A DNA stretch of 64,000 nucleotides, taken from Giardia intestinalis (taxonomy: Eukaryota). Shown piece after piece: positions 51,501-60,198 of this stretch. Both the position numbers and the translations under genes were made by a program. The notes below the pieces were generated by a model. It was not told where the DNA came from. It worked only from the letters and a program-made list of their open reading frames with translations, and ran no database searches. Where the stretch lies: the NCBI GenBank assembly GCA_000002435.2, contig CM018793.1; one strand, given 5' to 3'. Each line of letters starts with the position of its first letter. Within the stretch, counting starts at the first letter, position 1.

Positions 51501-51864
51501 GTTTGGGTACATGAAGCGTCCCCACCATGTTCTTTACTGGACGGCAAAGGCGTTGCATCTCTGTGATTGCGCGGTTTATCTTTCCGCCAACCTACAAGCT
51601 ATCGTCATAACGCACTGTGAAAAAACCATCTGTTCAATCTCATCGCGATCCCTCGTGGCTGTGACAGAAAATCCTCTCAAAATGCATCCTATAGATAAAG
51701 CAACTCGTTCTCTTCCTCTTGTTTTATCAACCAGCAATAAGGGAGATTTAATGCTACTTTTCACTGAAGAGAGAGGAGCAGTGGTTTTTAAGGTTGGTTT
51801 GCAAACACTTGTCCGACACCGTAATAACCTCTCTAGACTGGCAATTGTAAGTCAGTGCGAATAG
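48580..51864 (+). CDS. Hypothetical leucine-rich/coiled-coil protein. The track start at 48532 is a TTG. In-frame ATGs lie at about 48580 and about 48604.
   Basis: A 3.3 kb ORF with heptad-like leucine-rich stretches. No enzymatic motif recognised. Confidence 0.5.
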   Translation: MKDTSTESMQQCSTAITAISLILKRAITASESVHRELNDDVTVVHHNTVQAAMNTDNYSLNMDYEQELLQLREELHAELKKLLSTLVGEYLRHKDLIESLSRRLESLCSIEAKQVSGAPSNQPSSDLPSSFPNIHRPEDNVIATAADAIIEDLILQHAPNLCLDLTEIQLWGKRASLPVLIGIVNRLILQYTTTELTLSEITQILNSTITSINDLKLSFELLTSHLTRDAFRLVDISHTNPPRGKGASIIEPLCLALLYWLTELILKAKEKDSQIEAIFCADRMSDDATLKDLMMQLQVIRADNTSTLLSESALWEVEDNLECRKAELLVESCKEASVLLIEKDRYVQEINKLLTILLSILHKNSSLPCPSFNGSLLSDLVSSKLALQRVELEKQLLACSTSSVLLKKLIILHVMRHYGYSSSLDVWSVPLGPHDSLLVEQEYLSAQEYSALANLHSNHSDYENKALLMKLIAELTEDLDAAKQLLDGLSLNMCIPEIILDNTEQSTDPLYSLSDLDCFSSLDVIRKPLMILSYEESIPQIAGLKCRSGSHKDSSNQITTLTEDLQAMILDHTSDQEVSFLSATQYTARTTMKELSELIQSRLQLFKTIWEDLLEIAGKRKEIMKNIKGFLSGCIDEVSSTVADSSQKLSLIVKDALLHALKLLSASPSANMDLLKIILNKLKHQLEEFEVKCMHSSCELRFDLLGETLSIESVLDEFIEKAQLQYDMVISRAYLTVTWTKLICLKECWYPRPMAEPLLMGHKAHCSSIHSAIEHFVTPIAVRQALLDTLDALALQPNTDTSLAEDDLHVSGLVISRPTPHLTASIKDSKKTASSVCSVSSTISAASSLACKVAADVLAPDASEKGYISALQMSQYAKVSNYAYSAAHSTFATDSVTRTKQSTGSLMASQAVYKLGTGVKARQHDTLFNGYSEDVDTPMEHGTIHYFDENYDKLYVVKALGSLRRPEVRMLEYLFGYMKRPHHVLYWTAKALHLCDCAVYLSANLQAIVITHCEKTICSISSRSLVAVTENPLKMHPIDKATRSLPLVLSTSNKGDLMLLFTEERGAVVFKVGLQTLVRHRNNLSRLAIVSQCE

Positions 51865-52877
51865 AACAAATAGAGTTTTTACTGCTCACTTTATCTTACT
51901 TCGTTAATGATATTTACATGAAAAAGATCTATGGAAGTTTTGGATTGTATATATCATAGAATAGATTTATGGTTTGCTTGTGCTTATAACAGAGTGTATT
52001 TATCATGTAAAATACCTTCTATGCTTACAACCTTCTTGATTCTTCGTGAGTATTGCATTTAGGACTTTGTCTTCAAAACCTCCAATCGCCCTATATAGTG
52101 AATTGTGTGGTGAAGGCATCAAGCTGTGGTTTTTTCTGCTAACCGATCTGAATCCACCCTCTAGTTGATATAACGTTCTTCTGATGCATGTGCAATAGGC
52201 TTATCCAATGAAGGGGCGGCTTCCAAGCTCACTGGCGGGATATACCTACGCTAGTACACATTGTAGGCTACGCCAATGGAGCAGAGCTACGACTCCGTCT
52301 GAACGGCCGCACATCCCGCTGTGCACCCCTGGATTAGCACTCGTAGCTACACATACTGAACAGAACATCCCCGCCAGCTCGCCTGTTCTGCTGATACTGT
52401 CAGGATCACCGATTCCTCCAACGTCCCAGTAAGCCGGCCATCCGATACCGGCCAGGAAGCACAGATACATAGGACATCGGAGGATGCTCGAAATCTCCCG
52501 CTCTGGAATGGCTGTCGTCCTCCCCCTCTGGGTCTCTATTATAGTTGTACTAGTAGCCCACTGGCGTCCAACTCAATAATCACACACTCATCAAGCTAGT
52601 AACATCCAGAACAAGCCCTCTATAGACTCCTGCTAGTGTAACTGCCACGTGGTTGGAAGCGCACTACTAGAGGCTAGCCATTTACTATAGGGCTACTTTG
52701 TAAGGATGGCCACTATCTCCTTGAGAGCTGGAACAGGTGGAAGGCATCTTTAGAGGGCCTGCTTCTCTTAGGGACGGTGGTCCCGTGCACCGACTCACCT
52801 TGCGGTCAGAGAGACCATACTGGGACAGTTTGCCTGTGTGGCTCTAGGTCAGACCCACAAACAGAATTCGTCGACGC

Positions 52878-52884
52878 ATTTACT
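52878..52884 (-). terminator. PolyA signal AGTAAAT 9 nt after the VSP stop.
   Basis: The reverse complement of atttact. VSP genes characteristically carry AGTRAAY within about 15 nt of the stop. Confidence 0.55.
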
Positions 52885-52892
52885 ATCTAAGT

Positions 52893-55097
52893 CTACGCCT
52901 TGCCTCTGCACATAAACCACCAGCAGAGGAAACCGACGAGGCCGCCGACGACAATGATGACAGCCACGGCAATACCAGCGATGGCGCCAGTGGAGAGCCC
53001 GCCCTTGTTAGTGTTCTCGCCACTCTGCACGAGGTAACAGAGGACAGACCCTTTATCGTTAAGTGGAGGAGCGCAGCTAGCGCAGTTGGCGACGCCGGTG
53101 ATGGTGCTATCAGCGGTATTTGCCGTGCAAGACACACAGGTAGTCCCAGATTTGTAGTACCCAGTGCTGCAAATGTCGCAATTTGAGGCGGATCCTGCAC
53201 ACGTAGCACAGCCAGTGGCACACTTTGTGCACTTATTATCAGTCTTTACATACCCATACATGCATGTAGTACACACGGTGTTACTAGTGCAGGTCTTACA
53301 TCCAGGCGAGCAAGTCACAAGGTCATTGTTATTAAGATGATAGCCTGGAGCCTCTGTTTTGCAGGTATCCCCATCCTGCGTTACCTCCTCACAGACGTTC
53401 TTTCCAGGAAGTTTGGTCGTCTCATAGCAGCCCCCGTTCATACGAAGAAGCCCGTTGGCGCATTTGTTGCAAACACCACCTCCTTGAGTAGTGCACGTAA
53501 TAGCCTTTCCGGCCGCCGCCGAGCAGACTCCGTTCTGTGGAAACTGGTTGGCGTCCTTGCACTTGGAGCAGTAGGCCGTGCCATCGACTGTCAGCTCGCA
53601 CTTCTCGCAGTTGTTAGTACCCGGTTTGCATTCTGATTTGCACGTCCCCGTGTTGCCCTCTCCTTCGTAGCTGAGGGCCTTCTTAGGCTCGCAGCTCGTG
53701 CACCCGTTGGAGTTCCCGTTCGCGCATGTCTTACACGAGGTATCGCACTTGGCACAGGCGGCTCCGCTCTTGTAGTACCCGTCCTTGCAGGTATCACACT
53801 GTCCCTGAAGATTGCACAGGAGGCAGTTCTCAACCTCGCACTTCTTGCAGGCCTTCTTGCCCCCCTCGTTGGTGCCCGCGTAGTAGCCTCCCAGATCTCC
53901 GCAGTTATCGATGCACTGGCCCGTGGGCGTGAGGGCCTTGGGGCCTTCGCACTCTGTGCACACCTCCTTGCTTGTCTTCGGCTCGCTGCACGTCTTGCAG
54001 CCGGGGGTGTTGCACTGGGGGTCGGGCTTCTTCGTGCACCCGGTGCCCGCGCCGTTGAGAACGTAGCCATCAACGCACTCACAGGTGCCAGCGGTCTTTT
54101 CATCGTTGGAGTTCGAGGGGCAGTTCTCAACGCACGACTTCTTTCCAAGGCCAAACTTGGTCTTCGTACCACTCGTACATGTCTTGCAAACCACTCCGGT
54201 GGGGCCTTTCTCACAAGTGGTGCAGTCAGTTGTTCCAGCCGACACACATGTATTGCACTCCTTTGCTCCTTCATCAACGTAATGAGTTTCCGGGCAGCCT
54301 TTTGCGTCAACGCATGTGCCAGTTGTGGACTCGCCATCCTTCTTCAGGTACGGCTTGTCTCCGTTGCAGGAGGTGCACTTCGCAGCCTCGGTTTTACAGG
54401 TCTTGCATGTCTCAGCGCACTTGCTGCATTTTTTACCGTCAGTTGTATCGACGAAAAAGCCTGGGGCATCCGTGCACTCTTTTTCTGTCACGCAGGAGGT
54501 GGCTGGGTCTGTGGCCGTCTTCAGATACTTATCCGCCTGGCACGCAGTACACGTCGCCACCTTAGCCCCGCTGGCATCGGCTGGCGCAGGTGCATCGCAC
54601 GCTGTGCACCCATCCACGCCTTTGTACGTCTTATCAGCAAGCGTTACGCCCGTCGCGTCTCCGCACGAAACAACCGAGTCGTGGGTCTTATCTGCCCCCG
54701 GCGGAACAAAGTAAGCCTTCGATTCGAGAGCTTCTGTACACTTTCCGTCTGCCGCTGTTTTGCACATGCTACTGCCAGGTGCTTGACTCGTTTGGTAGCA
54801 GCTGCCCTTGTACATGAAAGTCTGCTCGGCGCACTGTGCACAGGTCCGATCAGCTGTATCGCCTCCATCGGCACCTTTACAGTTGGCTTTTGCACCTTCT
54901 TTGTCTGCACATTTTCCATTGATAGGAACAAATCCTGTGTTACATCGAGAGCAATACAATTTACCATCAATTAGAACGTCGCAGATTTCACAGTCATTTG
55001 TTTTATCTGCGCATTCAGCCTGTCGCGCGCGCTCTGTTACTTTTTCTGCCAACGCAATCTGGACGAGTACCCCCGCGAGAACAAAACTGCCAAACAT
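52893..55097 (-). CDS. Variant-specific surface protein (VSP). The track ORF extends to 55247 through a TTG. The true start is the ATG at about 55097, which opens a signal peptide.
   Basis: The C-terminus ...GLVGFLCWWFMCRGKA-stop carries the invariant CRGKA tail. It has a GGCY motif (MNGGCYETTKLPG) and many CXXC motifs. From the ATG the N-terminus MFGSFVLAGVLVQIALA is a signal peptide. Confidence 0.9.
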   Translation of the reverse strand: MFGSFVLAGVLVQIALAEKVTERARQAECADKTNDCEICDVLIDGKLYCSRCNTGFVPINGKCADKEGAKANCKGADGGDTADRTCAQCAEQTFMYKGSCYQTSQAPGSSMCKTAADGKCTEALESKAYFVPPGADKTHDSVVSCGDATGVTLADKTYKGVDGCTACDAPAPADASGAKVATCTACQADKYLKTATDPATSCVTEKECTDAPGFFVDTTDGKKCSKCAETCKTCKTEAAKCTSCNGDKPYLKKDGESTTGTCVDAKGCPETHYVDEGAKECNTCVSAGTTDCTTCEKGPTGVVCKTCTSGTKTKFGLGKKSCVENCPSNSNDEKTAGTCECVDGYVLNGAGTGCTKKPDPQCNTPGCKTCSEPKTSKEVCTECEGPKALTPTGQCIDNCGDLGGYYAGTNEGGKKACKKCEVENCLLCNLQGQCDTCKDGYYKSGAACAKCDTSCKTCANGNSNGCTSCEPKKALSYEGEGNTGTCKSECKPGTNNCEKCELTVDGTAYCSKCKDANQFPQNGVCSAAAGKAITCTTQGGGVCNKCANGLLRMNGGCYETTKLPGKNVCEEVTQDGDTCKTEAPGYHLNNNDLVTCSPGCKTCTSNTVCTTCMYGYVKTDNKCTKCATGCATCAGSASNCDICSTGYYKSGTTCVSCTANTADSTITGVANCASCAPPLNDKGSVLCYLVQSGENTNKGGLSTGAIAGIAVAVIIVVGGLVGFLCWWFMCRGKA

Positions 55098-55679
55098 TGC
55101 CCGATTGATAGATTGGTAGGAACATACTCGCGGTACATCAGTCAATCCGCGTCGATTGATGCAGTTGATTGATCCTTCTGGCACACGTTGACCACAGGCG
55201 CTGATGGAATCAACACTCACCGGGTCTATCGCGAACACTACTTGCAATCTGCAATCTCGGCACAGGGCCAGAAGGAGGTGGATTGAGCCGAACAGAACTG
55301 CGGCTGTCTCAATGTGTATGTCATACTAATGCACCTCGTGGCTCCGTTGCAATCTGTACGGACCATCCAGTGCGAGCCAAAGCTGCCACACGTGCACTGG
55401 GACAGTACTGCCCAGTAGCGGTCCAGAGCTTTCAATGGCTCCATCAACGGCCCACTGACAACTGCAAGGGCGACCCCCGCAGCTCTGCATAACGTGCATC
55501 CAAGGCCCGAGAGGCAGTGCACAGCAACGAGCGTCTCTCAGATGCGCCAGGAGCCCGTCCCAAGGAGTGTTCAGCCCCGATACCGCTTGGTGTGGCTGTG
55601 CTGCGTCTCATAAGGCACCTTCTGCAGCAGAACTAGGATCCATAACTGCGTTCTCCATTTGAAAAGTCAAAGGGAGCAG

Positions 55680-56000
55680 GAGCGCCCGCCACGAGGAGCC
55701 GGCCCCCGGGACGGCTGGGGCGGCACGCCTGTCTGCGGACCCATCCCGGGCTGCTGCGGCGCGCTCCAGGCGCATGGGCACAGCAGCAGCCCAGGGCGTT
55801 CCACCGGTTGCCGCTGCCGAGTCGATGGTCCGGTGGTCTCCCGGCGCCACCGCACCAGCAGGAGGCCGAGCACTGGCCCCCGTCCTCGGCTCTGTCCGCG
55901 GGCCGCTCGCATTGGAGCAGGGGCAGGGCCAGAAATGTTTTGTCCCTCGGGGCCCGCCTCTGGGGCGCCGCTGCCAGGTGGAGCCTGTCTGGGACGCGTC
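55680..56000. other. GC-rich island of about 70% GC, with a weaker extension to about 56470. It is stop-free in several frames on both strands and contains an inverted repeat at 55748..55792.
   Basis: This is seen directly. The composition contrasts sharply with the roughly 50% GC flanks. Overlapping Pro/Arg/Gly-rich ORFs on both strands are typical of a GC-rich sequence with no clear coding assignment. GGGCTGCTG at 55748..55756 pairs with CAGCAGCCC at 55784..55792. Confidence 0.5.
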
Positions 56001-57090
56001 GTAGCGTGTGATTCTGTTAACACTACACCCAGAAAAGCGTTGACTGCATCTGGCGCATTTCCGGCAGACCTCTTCTGCGCCTGGTGCTGCTCGATGGGAC
56101 GACGGGGGCGCTCATAGCCCTCCGGTGGGCGGATGGGATTACGCCTGCCTAGTTCTCTGTCCTCTGAGCACAGCAAGAAGCGGACGATCGGGCTTTCCGG
56201 TGGAGCCATGAAGCGCCGCTGACGGGTAGGATGCACCCCAACACCGGCAGATGCATTGAGGGTCTCTTCTGCTGCCCTGGTCGAGGAAGATGTCATCCCC
56301 GGAAAGCGACGATTTACTTCGACAGCCAGCTATTTCTAGCGCTCTAGTACTGAGCCCCCTGCAGCCGCGGCCCAAGGGTTGCGCAAGTAAACCCACCTCC
56401 CCGCTCTTGTGTGAAGACGGGGACGAGCCAAGCCCGGCTCTCCCACTGCAGCAAGCTCTGGTGACTGGTAGTCCTTCCTCTCCCCAGTCTGTCTGAGCTA
56501 TTCGACAAGAATCAAGAGTGTCGGCTGGACGAGACCCATAGAGGCACTCAGTCTAGCTTTAGGACCCGTCTAATTAGCTAAATATAGTGTCTGTCTCCTG
56601 ATGTTGCGTAGACAGGGTATAAATTGAAAACTTTCCATCACCTAATGGAGTCTTCGAGCCGTTTCTCCAACTCGGAACGGAAGAGGCCATCCGCTCTGTG
56701 GTCCTTGATGCATATCTTGAACACGATCAAAAATAAGCAGGTTTCCCACGCGAGTTTTGGACCACGTCCACAAAGGGTTCAATATTACGGCAACACTTGT
56801 GAACAACAAAGCACCAGAGACAGCTTGCCAGAATAGTCAACACCTCACTACTTATCTGAAAGCTTTTCTACAATAATCAACATAAACAACTGCCATGTAC
56901 TTTCATCAGACCTGATTTACACAATATGCATTAGACACCACGAGCGATGGGATATTGCTCAAGCAACGGAAGTCAGGTAACGCAGCCCTTTGCAATAGGC
57001 ACCTGTATTGTAGTTTGCTCCTGTATATTATATAGTAAGTTTGTTGATATTTAAAGAGTTACCAAGACTGTTCAACTATTCGATAGCTAA

Positions 57091-58455
57091 ATGCAGATGT
57101 CCAGGAAATTTTTGTTAGCAATATTTATTCTACAACTGGCATGGGCCGTCCAAGTAGAAGATGAACGTGAAGAGGCAGCCAGTGACAATGTCAGTACGTC
57201 CGGGATATATAGTTTCACCATCGAAGACAAAAGGTATTGTCCCCAATGCAACCATAGTGAAGACAATCCTGACTCCATAAGCAGAGAGCATGTGGTAAAC
57301 AACACCATAAATAGCAAAGAGGCAGAAGAAGAGCCCACCAAATGCGGCGAGAATCTATACTTAAAAGTGGATTCAGGGACAACTTCATGCGTAGCAGGCG
57401 AAGACTGTGGAACTGGATCATTCCCTGGGACTGATAGTGCTGGTAATAGGAAGTGCATTTCTTGTAGCGATAGCGCTAACGGAGGCATACAACACTGTAG
57501 TGAATGCTCCTTGCTCGCTCCTACGAGTAGATCTGTCACTGTCCTTATCACGTGCTCTAAATGCTCTGCTAATAATCTTAGCCCTTTGGGCGATAAATGC
57601 TTAAGAAAGTGTCCTTTTGGGACATATGATAATGGTGATAACGTCTGTGCTCGCTGTCATGAATCGTGCGCTAGTTGCAATAACAGTCCTGAACCTACTT
57701 CTTGCACTTCTTGTTATCCAGGGTTTGTACTGGATCACGCTGGTGGGCCTGCTGGCACATGCATCCCAGAGTGCACGGGAAGATACGCGGAGAACTGCGA
57801 GGCTGGCCAGTGCACGGCTGTTGTGGGAACGTCCAAGTACTGCAGCAAGTGCAAGACTGGATACGTCCCAGTAGATGGTATTTGCGTATCGACAGCAACA
57901 AGAGAAGTCATGGGATGCACGCCAGGAAACGACGGGACATGTACGGCCTGTACAGGTACATATTTCTTACAATCTGGTGGCTGTTATCAGTCAACAGCGT
58001 ATCCTGGTATGAGATTATGTGAGCAAGCTCAAGATGGAAAGTGCACAAAGTGTGCTAACTTGCAAGCTGTAGATAAACAGGGCTCTTGCCCCTTGTGTGA
58101 AACTGGATGTGACCTATGCGGTACTTCAAGGACGACAGCATGCCAGGCTTGCTTTCCTGGATACTATCACTCTGGCACTAAATGTTTTAAGTGTACAGAT
58201 GATAGTGATGAAAGCGGTGTGAAAATCACTGGCGCCCCTAATTGTGTAAGCTGTGAACCCCCTAATCCCGGCAAGTCTGGTCCTGTTACATGCTATGTAA
58301 CACAGCAACCAAATAACGATAATACTGGGTGGTCCATGAATAGTAATGCACTTTCCCCGGGGGCCATTACAGGGATCTCTATTACAGTTATCCTTATTAT
58401 CGGTGGCGTGGCTGGCTTTCTTTGCTGGTGGTTCTTTTGCCACAAGAAAAAATAG
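57091..58455 (+). CDS. High-cysteine membrane protein / VSP-like protein (454 aa).
   Basis: It has a signal peptide (MQMSRKFLLAIFILQLAWA). It is CXXC-rich and has a GGCY motif (QSGGCYQSTAYPG). The C-terminal transmembrane segment GFLCWWFFCHKKK resembles the VSP anchor, but the tail is CHKKK rather than CRGKA. The ATG is preceded by TTCGATAGCTAA. Confidence 0.85.
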   Translation: MQMSRKFLLAIFILQLAWAVQVEDEREEAASDNVSTSGIYSFTIEDKRYCPQCNHSEDNPDSISREHVVNNTINSKEAEEEPTKCGENLYLKVDSGTTSCVAGEDCGTGSFPGTDSAGNRKCISCSDSANGGIQHCSECSLLAPTSRSVTVLITCSKCSANNLSPLGDKCLRKCPFGTYDNGDNVCARCHESCASCNNSPEPTSCTSCYPGFVLDHAGGPAGTCIPECTGRYAENCEAGQCTAVVGTSKYCSKCKTGYVPVDGICVSTATREVMGCTPGNDGTCTACTGTYFLQSGGCYQSTAYPGMRLCEQAQDGKCTKCANLQAVDKQGSCPLCETGCDLCGTSRTTACQACFPGYYHSGTKCFKCTDDSDESGVKITGAPNCVSCEPPNPGKSGPVTCYVTQQPNNDNTGWSMNSNALSPGAITGISITVILIIGGVAGFLCWWFFCHKKK

Positions 58456-58468
58456 ACGCTCACTTGAG

Positions 58469-58475
58469 AGTAAAC
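58469..58475 (+). terminator. PolyA signal AGTAAAC about 14 nt after the HCMP stop.
   Basis: It matches AGTRAAY. Confidence 0.4.
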
Positions 58476-58661
58476 ATGAATCTCTATGAATACACCCGTG
58501 GATGGTTACCTGGGAAGCGAGCTGCTAAGTTGCCATTCAGAGCAGGTAACAACATCCACTCTAACTTGTGAAATCCAAGATTTATCAGAAGAGGAGAGGT
58601 AAATGGTTGCGTATCTATCCAGTGAACTCCAACTCCTGCTCCTTCTGACATCAAGTTTCCC

Positions 58662-60143
58662 TTGTATGACGAGCATCCGTCTGTTGAATGTCTCATAGAA
58701 GGTGGCATTAGCCTAGTATCTACACCAATAGGCCAAAAGTACAAATTCTGCAGGGATAGGCCATATGTACATGGCAACAGCCGTTGGAATAAGCCATGTG
58801 AATTGTTATGCGAATTTAATTCTTCTCTTGAATTGCTTGTTATGCTAGAGTGTCCACAACGTCCATCTACTGCCGCCAGTACAGCTTTCAGGAAAAATAC
58901 TCGCCATGGCAGTGCACTTCCACCTAAATCTGAAAGTGGTCTACTGCCGCTTGCAAGACTCCAGACTTGTCAATCTGCTCTCGGTAGTCTAAGATCAAAG
59001 ATAGACAATAGCCGAGGCCGTGTAAGCACTTTGTCGCGACCTAGAACAAGTTACTTTCAACGATTCAATCAACAGCCAGCTCAGGAATACTCGCCCCACT
59101 ACTTGCAGTCGCTCCACACGTCAGAATGGCTCTCTAATAGGCGCGTGACACATGACGAAATCTTAATTCCCCGGGTTATTGATATTTCTGCACTGCCCTC
59201 TTTGGAAGAAACTACATTTTACTCCAAAGCTACTCTATCTAATAACAGAAACCAGATTGATGAGGTGCTGGAGCCTGAAGACACTAACAGATCCTTCTTT
59301 TATAACAGAAAGCGCAGACAGGCAGACTTTGAATTTATAGAGCAGGAACTGCTTGCACAGGAGGAAGCATACAACAATAGTAAGTGTCCTTCGAAAGGTG
59401 CACTTGCAGCTCTTCGGAAGACTGCACAAATGATCACATGCTCTATTCCAGTAGCCTCATTGTCTGGTGAAACTGCTGCAAACTCATTACTGCTCTCTGC
59501 ATCAGCAACACAAGCAGCGCCGGAGGGTGGTGAGGAGAACAAAAATAGATATCCCTACACTGAAGAGCTGACCAAGAGCCAGTCTAATGAAGGCACCTTC
59601 CTCAATGCGTCTAGTCCTGCTTACAAGTCTACTCACAACCAGGATGGCAATACTGGAGCCGAGAACAATCATCATGCCACCTTTATGACAGGAATCAGCA
59701 AGTCTACTGTACCGCCGGAAACAACGTCTAAGTCTACCCGGGCCTCTCAACAGGCAACAAGCTTGACACGTCCTACACATGTAGACACCCAGCAGGTGTA
59801 CCATCCGCCAAATCGTGACACTCAGATATCCACCAAGGACCCAACTCTACATATTACCAGTTCTATTAATTTGGGAGCAGGCTCGTACAATCTTTCATTC
59901 GCATCTTTGAGGCCACTGTCCCGTAGTCAGCTTAATACTTACATCCCTCCACTCTCACACACCGCTCAACACACCTCCAGACACATCGCCAGACACGCTT
60001 CTCAATTGAGAGCTGTGTATAATGCCAATGAATTCAATGATAATTATTCAATGGGTTCTGGCATCAAGCAGAATGCTGGTGAGGTCCCTGTGATGCAAAC
60101 ATCCCCCATCCCAGTTACTATTCTTGATTTCTTCGCATATTAA
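58662..60143 (+). CDS. Hypothetical low-complexity Ser/Thr/Gln-rich protein. The track start is a TTG and the first ATG is at about 58842. Reality of the gene is uncertain.
   Basis: The ORF runs between the HCMP and STT3. It has no ATG near the track start, and the composition is low-complexity. Confidence 0.3.
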   Translation: MYDEHPSVECLIEGGISLVSTPIGQKYKFCRDRPYVHGNSRWNKPCELLCEFNSSLELLVMLECPQRPSTAASTAFRKNTRHGSALPPKSESGLLPLARLQTCQSALGSLRSKIDNSRGRVSTLSRPRTSYFQRFNQQPAQEYSPHYLQSLHTSEWLSNRRVTHDEILIPRVIDISALPSLEETTFYSKATLSNNRNQIDEVLEPEDTNRSFFYNRKRRQADFEFIEQELLAQEEAYNNSKCPSKGALAALRKTAQMITCSIPVASLSGETAANSLLLSASATQAAPEGGEENKNRYPYTEELTKSQSNEGTFLNASSPAYKSTHNQDGNTGAENNHHATFMTGISKSTVPPETTSKSTRASQQATSLTRPTHVDTQQVYHPPNRDTQISTKDPTLHITSSINLGAGSYNLSFASLRPLSRSQLNTYIPPLSHTAQHTSRHIARHASQLRAVYNANEFNDNYSMGSGIKQNAGEVPVMQTSPIPVTILDFFAY

Positions 60144-60198
60144 TGAGGGGGAAAGACGTGAGACAAAGGGTCAAATAAAAAGGACAAAAAAACCTTGG

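Noticed and set aside
53591-54337. A 248-aa Arg/Ala-rich ORF, and several others, lie in alternative frames and antisense within the VSP gene. Similar antisense or alternate-frame ORFs sit inside the HCMPs and the giant genes (for example 14065..14535, 17656..18456, 26692..27282, 27157..27669).
   Set aside because: They are fully embedded in confidently identified coding regions. They arise from Cys codon (TGY) and GC-rich codon usage that is stop-poor on other frames, and nothing supports them.
55667-56296. A 209-aa Pro/Arg/Gly-rich minus-strand ORF in the GC island, with overlapping plus-strand ORFs.
   Set aside because: Not called as a CDS. Stop-free frames on both strands are expected at about 70% GC, and there is no AT-rich initiator or AGTRAAY signal nearby. 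It is kept only as a candidate under findings.
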